Below the pieces are notes generated by a model. That model was not told the DNA's origin. It saw only the letters and a list, made by a program, of their open reading frames with translations, and did no database searches. From Nemertoderma westbladi (Eukaryota > Animalia > Xenacoelomorpha): a DNA stretch of 64,000 nt. The position numbers and the translations under genes were made by a program. Location of the stretch: assembly GCA_032718475.1 (NCBI GenBank), contig JAUCBJ010004498.1:5280-69279 (forward strand), given 5' to 3'. Positions 1-12,268 of this stretch are shown here, piece by piece. Position 1 is the first letter of the stretch; every line of letters begins with the position of its first letter.

Positions 1-2101
1 TGTTACACGAACGAATGTTAGTGATTGAGTGAAAATAAAGCCACGAGGATCAGAACACTGTAAAGTACTTTGCAACAAGTATGTATTTTATTCCAAAATT
101 GTAGCATTACGAAATGATTGTATATATATTATAAATGATAGAAACTGCACAAATTAAATTAGTTGCTGTATAAATAAATGTAAAAGTGACATAAATTACG
201 TTATAAATAAGTTAGCTTATATTTATGGTGACGTTTGGAGCCTTATTATAATAATATAGCTAGGCCCTACCGGTTATTAATAGCTATACCTCGCCTACCG
301 GTAGGTAATGCAGTAGGCCTATCTGGCTGTCAGGCAAATTTTACTGAGAAACTACAATTTACAAAAATTTTAAAAATTTAAATTTACTAGAATTTACAAA
401 AATTCCGTTAGACAAACCCGACTCATACAGTATAACTCGCCACAAACATTTACAGTAGATTAATTAAATTTTAAATAATCCATAATTATAATTATAGTTT
501 AATATTTATCATTATAATTACTTATATTCTGGTGCAGTCTTAACAATTGTAGAGTAATATTTTTCATTTCTCACTATAAAATATTTTTATTCCAAAATTG
601 TAACATTACTCAACGCCGATAGAATTAACAGCGAGTTGTTATTTAGCACTTTACAACTTTAGAGGACATTACAGCATTGTATTGGCCTGTACATTTAGTA
701 TTGTATTTGGAGTTATTGTTTACGTGGTAACCCATGGCGGCGTTAAGTAATGTCCCCTTAAAGACATTACTAGGACATTACGTAGGCCTACTATCTTTGA
801 GTTGCACGACACACCTACAATATATTTAATTCTACAGTATCTTTCCCGTAGCCGTAATACATTATTAATAATTATTATACTAATACGATTTTGGATCGAA
901 TTAGCGGTATTGGCATGGTACTGTAGTACAATGAGTTGGCATGCGTAATCACCCCACCACCCTTGTCTTGATTGCACACTTAACAGAGAGCTAGCCAACC
1001 AGAAAATCTTTATTCAGCTATTCTAAATTTCTTCGTCATCGGTTATACTTCGTCATATGACAGACAATTGTCTGAGCTCAGACTCAGACAGTCTGATGAC
1101 AGACTTCTCTGAAAATATGCTGTGAGACATTTATTAGACACATTTACGTCATCAGACATTTACTAGACACAGGATATGAGACATACATTTAGTGTTTATA
1201 CTTAAAGAAGATATCTGTCTCAGACATGATCATTTCATTTCGTGTTACCCCATACCCCCCCCCCCCCCCCCCCCCCCCACAATGCTGTAACCCCTCCCCC
1301 ATACTTTATGTGTCTGAAAGCGAAAAACTTAAAAAATTTATTTATCTGTTAATGGCTCATTCCATGTAAAGTACGGGACATTCGTACGACTTTTTGTGCA
1401 TACTTTAGCACTGTACATCAAGAAAATGAACTAAAATATTATAGTGCTTGTTTAGAAAAACCAATTATCGGTTCTTTATAAAAAAGCAGTTTGGAAAATC
1501 GGCAGCAGTTTATGTCTCAGAATTATTGCTTCAAAAAATTGTAAAGTGCGGGACGCGTACGAAAGTGAAATTCCCAACTGTCAAATTCTTTGCTAAAGTT
1601 CAGCGAATTGAGTAAAGTTAGTGGGAAAACTTGTGTTCCGCGATGTTCCTACTGTAGATATGTAGGGAAAATAAATTAGCCTTTAGTAAGCTGGTAGGTA
1701 ACATCAATGAAACAGGGGAGTAGTTTAAGTGCAGGAAAGTCATGTAAAGTGTGGGACATTTCATTGTAAAGTGCGGGACACGTGCGATTATATCATTTAT
1801 AAAACACATTAAATCGTTAATTATTACATTATTCCGATAAGTGATAGTTATAAACTTCTCAGTGAGATTGCCACATATAATTTGAACTTAAAGATGAATG
1901 ACAATGCAACTAACCCTAACCAAAATACTAAACCTAACCTACCAAACTTAGTTGGTCCTGTAAAGCCCCTTACTACTGCATACATGTATACATGTGACTG
2001 CCTGTCAAGTAAATGTTCCAAGTATTTAAAGCATACAATTCCACTGGAGGTCCGGCCAATAGTACAGTGCAAACTGCACAGTAGTTATGAGGCGGGTGGG
2101 T

Positions 2102-2133
<32 letters not shown>

Positions 2134-2717
2134 TTATTTATAGATAAAATTAATAGGCCTCCAACAAATAGGCTGTACGGGCTTTAATACGCCATTCCAG
2201 CATTCCAATATTGCGATACGTAACGTAACACAAAGTTTAACAAAGCTTTCCCTTTCTCAAAATTGGCCCCAGCATGAAAAAAAATGGCGCAAAACATTGC
2301 TCTGCCACTGCCACTGGCAAATAGAGGCCAACATAATTATAGTGCCTAATACTGTAAGTAAAACAGAAGAGTACGCACGACAATAACAAATTTGTTTGTA
2401 TCATTTTTTTGCAGCCTTACCCTAAGCCCTAGTACAGCGTGGCTCCTACTTGCTGTATTATTACCTCCAGGCAGTTCAATATTATTTAGTAGGCTTATGT
2501 AAAATTACCATTTAAGTGCACTGTAGGCCTAAAATGTAATACAGATTAGATGGTGTTCGGACACTTCCCCCCCGGACACTTCCCCCCCCGGACAGTTCCC
2601 CCCCGCTCAAGTAGGACACTTCCCCCCCGGACACTTCCCCCCCAGACACTTCCCCCCCGCGGACACTTCCCCCCCGACTGTTCTTAACTTCGCACATTCG
2701 TATTTTTCATTTTGTAA

Positions 2718-3644
2718 GGTAAACGGACCGCTTGTATCCAGATAAGTTGTATCCAATTTTCCTTTCGTAGCTCAGAAAGTGATCTTTTGCATCCCGATTT
2801 TACATTTTATATCCAAGTTTTATTTATGGGTTTTATCAATGCAATTACATCGTATTGTTTGCTAATCTTTAAACAATTAATTATATTAGATGACCTATAA
2901 ATTCCATCCCCGGAATGATATACTGTTTTTATTAACTATAGAATTATAATAATTAATTGTTTTAATTATAGGTATTATTATGTAATAGTCTTCTTCAAAT
3001 TGTAGCAGATGGGGATGAATATTATTGTTGCAATCAAAATTATACCTCTCCAGGGTAAAATCGACATGCGTCGACCTGTATTCTGTGTTCAGCATTACAT
3101 ATTGATATACATATTACTACTATACATACTATATAGATATTATACACACTACATATTAAATTTCCTGGTTACTTGCAATATTTTTAATAGGATTTTGTTG
3201 AATTATATAATATTGTAGTAATTTATATATTAAATTGGTTAACATTCAATACAGCTCCTACTTTAGGCTTAGTCAATTTATTATCTGATGATACAAACAT
3301 GAATTAATTATTTCAAAATGGTCTTAAGTCTTTCACCACGGGCACTCAGGGAAATGCCGGGGTCTGGGGGCGATAACCTCCAAGAAAAGAAGCGGGGGTT
3401 TGGGGGCGGCAGCCCCCAAGAAAAGAAGCGGGGGTTTGGGGGCGGCAGCCCCCAAGAAAAGAAGCGGGGGTTTGGGGGCGGTAGCCCCCAACAAAAGAAG
3501 CGGGGGTTTGGGGGCGGCAGCCCCCAATTAAAAGAAATTAAAAGAATTAAAGGAATTAAAAGAAAAACAAACAAAATTTGACTATAAAAATGTTTCTTTT
3601 ATAATTTTGAAAAAACTTGTCTAGATACAACTTGTCCTGTAACC
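2718..3644. mobile_element. Inner inverted-repeat element (third nesting level or compound TIR)
   Basis: GGTAAACGGACCGCTTGTATCCAGATAAGTT at 2718 resembles GGTTACAGGACAAGTTGTATCTAGACAAGTT (reverse complement of ~3614-3644). No clean TSD. Confidence 0.5.
3358..3527. repeat. 36-bp GC-rich minisatellite, ~4.5 copies
   Basis: Unit GGGGGTTTGGGGGCGGCAGCCCCCAAGAAAAGAAGC; contains a GGGGG...CCCCC hairpin. Confidence 0.9.
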
Positions 3645-5199
3645 ATCTTTAACTTTTGTTTATTGCTTTGATGCACCCAGATTAATTTTAACAGTTTAAC
3701 TGGGGGGGAAGTGTCCGGGGGGCAAGTGTCCGGGGGGGAAGTGTCCGGGGGGGAAGTGTCCTACTTGGGCGGGGGGGAAGTGTCCGGGGGGGAAGTGTCC
3801 GGGGGGGAAGTGTCCTAGATCCAATTAGATAGCCAGATTAGACATGGAACTGTAGTGCACCCATAAAACCGTTATAGTAGCGTACCATGTAAGCGTAAGA
3901 GACTGAATGGGAGCCTTGCAGTAGGCCTACGCACCAGCCAGAGCCAGGAAGGGGTTAATGGCAGGCCTACAAATAGTATTCAGATTATAAAAACTAATAA
4001 AAATAGGAATTAAAATTTTGAGGATATTTACTGAAATATATGTGATCTTCATGAATTTTTTGTAGTGTCTTAATATAAGAGATTGATATGAAGTTATTAT
4101 GTCTGTTATGATTATTCCAGTTGAAGTTCTTCCATCTAAATACGCGCTTACTCTACTTCCTTTGATATTTCTACTCTTTGTGCGGGACACCTGTTTACCA
4201 CATAACACGAAACACCACAAACAAACTAAGTACCCCAGATTAAAGATACATATATTTGAGCTTTGCAAACGACATAACATCATTCTACTATAATATGTCT
4301 ATCTTGTACAAACAAAATATGGTGTTCAGCGTAAAGTGCGGGACATTATGATGTAAGCAGATTATGAGCACTGAATTTTTAGACACAACGTTGTTTTACT
4401 TGACAGCAAATGAATTCATTGGAAAATATGATTGTTTTGCTTCGAAAAGTACTCTATTACGTTGCCTTCTGCCTATAAAGCTACTCATAAAACGCGGTTG
4501 TCATATTATGCACTCATTTAACTGTATTTTTTCAGTTTGAGAGGTAAGGGCGAATAACACCAGATTTCAGAAAGTTAACGAATTTTGATGCGGTTTTTTG
4601 CATTAAATTCGTAAACCGCATCATATATTGGTTCTGAAAATTGATATGAGAAGCAATAATTCAAGTTTTTCAAAATTGGCACTGCGGTTGACATTTGCAT
4701 GGAATGAGCCTAATGCGTTTCAAGATACACGCGCTACACGCAGATACACATACTACAGTATGTGAAACAACAAATTGAGAAACAACTGGCCAAATAAAAA
4801 ATTTGAAAAATGTTAAAAAATCTAAAATCACCCCCACTCCCCCCCCCCCCTCCCCACTCCCCTCTTTCAAATGTACGGCGCATTTGAGATTCCCTTTTCT
4901 CAGTGTTCCACATTTTTCTTATACTTCCATACGGCAATAAAAGATGATATGAGTTGTAAGAATCGCTGAGGTTATGGTTGTGAACTCAAGGTAAGAATGA
5001 AGTGGGACTGAAAACCTAAGTACTGCAAAGTGGGGAGGAGCTGCATCAAAGGTTGACTGAGAGGATCCCCTCAGAACACCAGATATGGGGGGAGGACCAT
5101 CCCCCCAGATATATCCGAATGTCGTCCATGGACGCAGCAATCGCGTAAACGGAGAGACTTCGGGAAGGACAGCGCGAACTGAAGCCGTCGAGAACGCAG

Positions 5200-8100
5200 G
5201 CCAGGACCCGTTCGCCAGACACGCACTGCCTACCAGGCCCCGTTCGCCAGACACTCACTGCCTACCAGGCCCCGTTCGCCAGACACACCCTGCCTGCCAG
5301 GTCCCGTTCGAGCACATCCTGACTGCCAGGCCCCGTTTGAGCATACCCTGCCTGCCAGGCTCCGTTTGAGCATCCCTTCCTACCAGGCCCCGTTCGAGCA
5401 CACCCTGCCTGCCAGGCCCGTTCGAGCACACCCTGCCTACCAGGCCCGTTCGAGCACACCCTGCCTGCCAGGCCCGTTCGAGCACACCCTGCCTGCCAGG
5501 CTCCGTTCGAGCACACCCTGCCTGCCAGGCCCGTTTGAGCACACCCTGCCTACCAGGCCCGTTCGAGCACACCCTGCCTGCCAGGCCCGGTTTGAGCATA
5601 CCCTTCCTGCCAGGCTCCCGTTGAGCACACTCTGCCTGCCAGGCCCGTTTGAGCAACCCTTCCTGCCAGGCTCCGTTTGAGCATACCTGCCTGCCAGGCT
5701 CCGTTTGAGCACACCCTGCCTACCAGGCTCCGTTCGAGCACACCCTGCCTGCCAGGCCCGTTTGAGCACACCCTGCCTACCAGGCCCGTTCGAGCACACC
5801 CTGCCTGCCAGGCCCAGTTTGAGCATACACTGCCTGTCTGGCTCCGTTTGAGCACACTATGTCTGCCAGGCCCAGTTTGAGCATACCCTTCCTGCCAGGC
5901 TCCCGTTTGAGCACACTCTGCCTGCCAGGCCCGTTTGAGCAAACCCTTCCTGCCAGGCCCGTTTGAGCAAACTCTGCCTGCCAGGCTCCGTTTGAGCATA
6001 CCCTGCATGCCAGGCCCCGTTTGAGCATACTCTGCCTGTCTGGCTCCGTGCATGCCAGGCTCCCGTTTGAGCATACCCTGTCCTCGCCAGGCTCCGTTTG
6101 AGCACACCCTGCCTACCAGGCCACGTTCGAGCACAGCCTGAATGCCAGGCCCCGTTTGAGCATACCCTGCCCGCTAGGCTCCGTTTGAGCACACCCTGCC
6201 TACCAGGCCACGTTCGAGACAGCCTGCATGTCAGGCCCCGTTTGAGCATACCCTGCCCGCTAGGCTCCGTTTGAGCACACCCTGCCTACCAGGCCACGTT
6301 CGAGACAGCCTGCATGTCAGGCCCCGTTTGAGCATACACTGCCTGCCTGTCTCCGTTTGAGCACACTATGTCTGCCAGGCCCAGTTTGAGCATACCCTTC
6401 CTACCAGTTCCCGTTCGAGCACACCCTGCCTGCCAGGCCCGGTTCGAGCACACCCTTCCTGTCAGGTCCCGTTCGAGCACACCCTGCCTGCCAGGCCCGG
6501 TTCGAGCGCACCCTTCCTACCAGTTCCCGTTCGAACACACCCTGCCTGCCAGGCCCGGTTCGAGCGCACCCTTCCTACCAGTTCCCGTTCGAACACACCC
6601 TGCCTGCCAGGCCCGGTTCGAGCGCACCCTTCCTACCAGTTCCCGTTCGAGCACACCCTGCCTGCCAGGCCCGGTTCGAGCGCACCCTTCCTGCCAGGTC
6701 CCGTTCGAGCACACACTGCCTACCAGGCCCCGTTCGAGCACACCCTGACTGCCAGGCCCCGTTCGAGCACACACTGCCTACCAGGCCCCGTTCGAGCACA
6801 CACTGCCTACCAGGCCCCGTTCGAGCACACACTGCTTACCAGGCCCGGTTCGAGCGCACCCTGACTGCCAGGCCCCGTTCGAGCACACACTGCCTACCAG
6901 GCCCCGTTCGAGCACACCCTGACTGCCAGGCCCCGTTCGAGTACACACTGCCTACCAGGCCCGGTTCGAGCGCACCCTTCCTGCCAGGTCCCGTTCGAGC
7001 ACACACTGCCTACCAGGCCCGGTTCGAGCGCACCCTTCCTGCCAGGTCCCGTTCGAGTATACACTGCCTACCAGGCCCCGTTCGAGCACACCCTGACTGC
7101 CAGGCCCCGTTCGAGCACACACTGCCTACCAGGCCCCGTTCGAGCACACACTGCCTACCAGGCCCCGTTCGAGCACACACTGCTTACCAGGCCCGGTTCG
7201 AGCGCACCCTGACTGCCAGGCCCCGTTCGAACACACACTGCCTACCAGGCCCCGTTCGAGCACACCCTGACTGCCAGGCCCCGTTCGAGTACACACTGCC
7301 TACCAGGCCCGGTTCGAGCACACCCTGACTGCCAGGCCCTGTTCGAGTGCACCCTTCCTGCCAGGTCCCGTTCGAGCACACACTGCCTACCAGGCCCCGT
7401 TTGAGCATACCCTGCCTGTCAGGCACCGTTTGAGCATACCCTGCCTGCCAGACTCAATTTGAGCACACCCCGCCTACCAGGCCACGTTCGAGCACACCCT
7501 GCAGGCTAGGCCCCATTTGAGCATACCCTGCCCGCCAGGCTCCGTTTGAGCACACCCCGCCTACCAGGCCACGTTCGAGCACAGCCTGCATGCCAGGCCC
7601 CGTTTGAGCATACCCTGCCTGCCTGGCTCCGTTTGAGCACACTATGCTGCCAGGCCCAGTTTGAGCATACCCTGCCTGCCAGGCCCTGTTTGAGCATACT
7701 CCGCTTGCCAGGCTCCGTTTGAGCATATCCTGTCTGTCAGGCCTCGTTTAAGCATACCCTTCCCGCCCGGCTCCGTTTGAGCATACCCTGCCTGCCAGGC
7801 CCCGTTTGAGCATATCTTGCCTGCCAGGCTCCGTTTGAGTATTCCCTGCCTGCCAGGCCCCGTTCGAACACACCCTGACTGCCAGGCCCCGTTCGAGCAC
7901 ACACTGCCTACCAAGCCCCGTTCGAGCACACACTGCTTACCAGGCCCGGTTCGAGCGCACCCTGACTGCCAGGCCCCGTTCGAGCACACACTGCCTACCA
8001 GGCCCCGTTCGAGCACAACCTTCACTGCCAGGCCTCGTTCGAGTACACACTACCTACCAGGCCCGGTTCGAGCGCACCCTTCCTGCCAGGTCCCGTTCGA

Positions 8101-11100
8101 GCACACACTGCCTACCAGGCCCGGTTCGAGCGCACCCTTCCTGCCAGGTCCCGTTCGAGCATACACTGCCTACCAGGCCCCGTTTGAGCACACCCTGACT
8201 TCCAGGCCCCGTTCGAGCACACACTGCCTACCAGGCCCCGTTCGAGCACACACTGCCTACCAGGCCCCGTTCGAGCACACACTGCTTACCAGGCCCGGTT
8301 CGAGCGCACCCTGACTGCCAGGCCCCGTTCGAGCACACACTGCCTACCAGGCCCCGTTCGAGCACACCCTGACTGCCAAGCCCCGTTCGAGTACACACTG
8401 CCTACCAGGCCCGGTTCGAGCACACCCTGACTGCCAGGCCCTGTTCGAGTGCACCCTTCCTGCCAGGTCCCGTTCGAGCACACACTGCCTACCAGGCCCC
8501 GTTTGAGCATACCCTACCTGTCAGGCACCGTTTGCCAGCCCGCCAGACTCAATTTGAGCACACCCCGCCTACCAGGCCACGTTCGAGCACACCCTGCAGG
8601 CTAGGCCCCATTTGAGCATACCCTGCCCGCCAGGCTCCGTTTGAGCACACCCTGCCTACCAGGCCACGTTCGAGCACAGCCTGCATGCCAGGCCCCGTTT
8701 GAGCATACCCTGCCTGCCTGGCTCCGTTTGAGCACACTATGCTGCCAGGCCCAGTTTGAGCATACCCTGCCTGCCAGGCCCTGTTTGAGCATACTCCGCC
8801 TGCCAGGCTCCGTTTGAGCATATCCTGTCTGTCAGGCCTCGTTTAAGCATACCCTTCCCGCCCGGCTCCGTTTGAGCATACCCTGCCTGCCAGGCCCCGT
8901 TTGAGCATATCCTGCCTGCCAGGCTCCGTTTGAGTATTCCCTTCCTGCCAGGCCCCGTTTGAGCATACCCTGCCCGCCAGGCTCCGTTTGAGCATACCCT
9001 GCCTACCAGGCCACGTTCGAGCACACCCCGCCTACCAGGCCACGTTCGAGCACACCCTGCATGCCAGGCTCCGTTTGAGCATACCCTTCCCGCCAGGCTC
9101 CGTTTGAGCACACCCTGCCTACCAGGCCACGTTCGAGCACAGCCTGCATGCCAGGCCCTGTTTGAGCATACACTGCCTGTCTGGCTCCTGTTGAGCACAC
9201 TATGTCTGCCAGACCCAGTTTGAGCATACCCTTCCTGCAAGGCCCCGTTTGAGTATACTCTGCCTGCCAGGCTCCGTTTGAGCAAACTCTGCCTGCCAGG
9301 CTCCGTTTGAGCATACCCTTCCCGCCAGGCTCCGTTTGAGCACACCCTGCCTACCAGGCCACGTTCGAGCACAGCCTGCATGCCAGGCACTGTTTGAGCA
9401 TACTCTGCCTGTCTGGCTCCGTTTGAGCACACTATGTCTGCCAGGCCCAGTTTGAGCATACACTGCCTGTCTGGCTCCGTTTGAGCACACTATGTCTGCC
9501 AGGCCCAGTTTGAGCATACCCTTCCTGCAAGGCCCCGTTTGAGAATACTCTGCCTGCCAGGCTCCGTTTGAGCAAACTCTGCCTGCCAGGCTCCGTTTGA
9601 GCAAACTCTGCCTGCCAGGAACCGTTTGAGCATACCCTGCATGCCAGGCCCCGTTTGAGCATACTCTGCCTGTCTGGCTCCGTTTGAGCACACTATGTCT
9701 GCCAGGCCCAGTTTGAGCATACACTGCCTGTCTGGCTCCGTTTGAGCACACTATGTCTGCCAGGCCCAGTTTGAGCATACCCTTCCTGCAAGGCCCCGTT
9801 TGAGAATACTCTGCCTGCCAGGCTCCGTTTGAGCAAACTCTGCCTGCCAGGCTCCGTTTGAGCAAACTCTGCCTGTCTGGCTCCGTTTGAGCACACTATG
9901 TCTGCCAGACCCAGTTTGAGCATACCCTTCCTGCAAGGCCCCGTTTGAGTATACTCTGCCTGCCAGGCTCCGTTTGAGCAAACTCTGCCTGCCAGGCTCC
10001 GTTTGAGCATACCCTTCCCGCCAGGCTGCGTTTGAGCATACCCTTCCCGCCAGGCTCCGTTTGAGCACACCCTGCCTACCAGGCCACGTTCGAGCACAGC
10101 CTGCATGCCAGGCCCTGTTTGAGCATACACTGCCTGTCTGGCTCCGTTTGAGCACACTATGTCTGCCAGACCCAGTTTGAGCATACCCTTCCTGCAAGGC
10201 CCCGTTTGAGTATACTCTGCCTGCCAGGCTCCGTTTGAGCAAACTCTGCCTGCCAGGCTCCGTTTGAGCATACCCTTCCCGCCAGGCTCCGTTTGAGCAC
10301 ACCCTGCCTACCAGGCCACGTTCGAGCACAGCCTGCATGCCAGGCACTGTTTGAGCATACTCTGCCTGTCTGGCTCCGTTTGAGCACACTATGTCTGCCA
10401 GGCCCAGTTTGAGCATACACTGCCTGTCTGGCTCCGTTTGAGCACACTATGTCTGCCAGGCCCAGTTTGAGCATACCCTTCCTGCAAGGCCCCGTTTGAG
10501 AATACTCTGCCTGCCAGGCTCCGTTTGAGCAAACTCTGCCTGCCAGGCTCCGTTTGAGCAAACTCTGCCTGCCAGGATCCGTTTGAGCATACCCTGCATG
10601 CCAGGCCCCGTTTGAGCATACACTGCCTGTCTGCTCCGTTTGAGCACACTATGTCTGCCAGGCCCAGTTTGAGCATACCCTTCCTGGCAGGCTCCGTTTG
10701 AGCATACCCTGCCTGCCAGGCTCCGTTTGAGCATACCCTGCCTACCAGGCCACGTTCGAGCACACCTTGCATGCCAGGCTCCGTTTGAGCATACCCTTCC
10801 CGCCAGGCTCCGTTTGAGCACACCCTGCCTACCAGGCCACGTTCGAGCACAGCCTGAATGCCAGGCCCCGTTTGAGCATACCCTGCCCGCTAGGCTCCGT
10901 TTGAGCACACCCTGCCTACCAGGCCACGTTCGAGACAGCCTGCATGTCAGGCCCCGTTTGAGCATACACTGCCTGCCTGTCTCCGTTTGAGCACACTATG
11001 TCTGCCAGGCCCAGTTTAGGCATACCCTTCCTGCCAGGCCCCGTTTGAGTATACTCTGCCTGCCAGGCTCCGTTTGAACATACCCTGTCTGCCAGGCCCC

Positions 11101-11540
11101 GTCTGAGAATACCCTGCCTGCCAGGCTCTGTTTGAGCATACCCTGCCCGCCAGGCTCCATTTGAGCACACCCCGCCTACCAGGCCACGTTCGAGCACACC
11201 CTGCATGCCAGGCCCCGTTTGAGCATACCCTGCCCGCTAGGCTCCGTTTGAGCACACCCTGCCTACCAGGCCACGTTCGAGACAGCCTGCATGTCAGGCC
11301 CCGTTTGAGCATACACTGCCTGCCTGTCTCCGTTTGAGCACACTATGTCTGCCAGGCCCAGTTTGAGCATACCCTGCCTGCCAGGCCCCGTTTGAGCATA
11401 CTCTGCCTTCTAGGCTCCGTTTGGGCATACCCTGCCCGCCAGGCTCTGTTTGAGCATACTCTGCCTGCCAGGCTCCGTTTGAGCATATCCTGCCTGCCAG
11501 GCCCCGTTCGAGCACACTCCGCCTGCCATGCCCGGTTCGT
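5200..11540. repeat. GC-rich ~29-bp satellite array (~6.3 kb, ~215 units) with higher-order blocks
   Basis: Consensus close to CCAGGC(C/T)CCGTT(T/C)GAGCA(C/T)ACCCTGCCTG, with units of 28-30 bp. Overlapping ORFs in all frames are by-products of the repeat. Confidence 0.95.
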
Positions 11541-12268
11541 GCAGCCACAACCTGCAGCGAAGGATATACGCGAAACAGGTTAGAGTTAACGATAAAATAA
11601 TTAATTCAATATTTCAAAATAATATGCCACAAAACCAAATCGGAATCCAAGCACTCGCATTCGACGTAACAATTAGTACCTGTTTGTTAGTTAGCTACCG
11701 GTAAATTTTTTTGGAGTTAAATAAATATTGAAATTTTGCAACTGACCAAAAATATAATATCACATCATCACAAATAATTTTCACCTTTTCACAAATTTAA
11801 ACCTCTTTTACACAAAACTATGAAGAATAATATATATTAAATTATATTTTATAGACTATTTGTAATACTCACGTTTTACAATTTGCACTTAAAACCTTGA
11901 AACATAGTGTGAGTATTTATTTGATGAACAACTGAATGCTTTGGTTACCTGTGTAGGAGGTTATAGGCTCCATACGTAATAATTGATATTTAAAAATAGT
12001 AATAAAAAACACTGTTTATGTTGTCTGAATGACTTTAAATTATTTAATAAATATTTAAGTTGTGGCAAAACGATTAACTGTGTTTTCTTCAATTTTGTGA
12101 AATAACCGAATTAGTAAAAATACTGTAGGTGATGTAGGTTGAATACAGAATATAATTAAAATATTGTATTTTTTATACAAACTTGTTATCGAGTTCGACA
12201 AAAAAGCGTGACTTTCATAAAATAAAATAAGAATAAAGCAAAAAATAAATACTTAAGGTCTATAATTA

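Larger units (their letters stand above)
2552..3822. mobile_element. Foldback/MITE-type element (Mutator- or Merlin-like) with modular TIRs, nested in the 1354-4710 element
   Basis: Left arm is tandem GGACACTTCCCCCCC modules (2559-2676) and right arm is tandem GGGGGGGAAGTGTCC modules (3702-3815). Both carry a central CAAGTAGGACAC/GTGTCCTACTTG module. Termini are GG...CC. Near-TSD GATTAGAT (2544-2551) vs AATTAGAT (3823-3830) matches 7/8. Confidence 0.75.
1354..4710. mobile_element. Non-autonomous TIR DNA transposon with 4-bp TSD (superfamily unassigned)
   Basis: Left end GGCTCATTCCATGTAAA (1354) matches the reverse complement of the right end TTTGCATGGAATGAGCC (ends 4710) at 16/17. TAAT flanks both ends (1350-1353, 4711-4714). 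Internal motif AAAGTGCGGGACA and variants recur near 1368, 1543, 1746, 1768 and 4333. No transposase ORF. Confidence 0.7.

Noticed and set aside
1-1250. Possible LTR or gene at the window start
   Set aside because: No partner repeat, primer-binding site or credible ORF was found.
1255-2132. Long poly-C/poly-G tracts as special G-quadruplex elements
   Set aside because: Similar homopolymers are scattered across the window (e.g. ~15040, 22718, 23394, 40337, 58487) with no positional pattern.
3308-3581. Repetitive ORFs (QEKKRGFGGGSP)n and antisense equivalents
   Set aside because: 36-bp minisatellite inside a non-autonomous transposon.
5200-11583. Dozens of overlapping ORFs, and a possible Pol III B-box (GTTCGAG) array
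   Set aside because: The 28-30 bp units shift frame constantly. The motif lacks the full GGTTCGANNCC consensus and an A-box.
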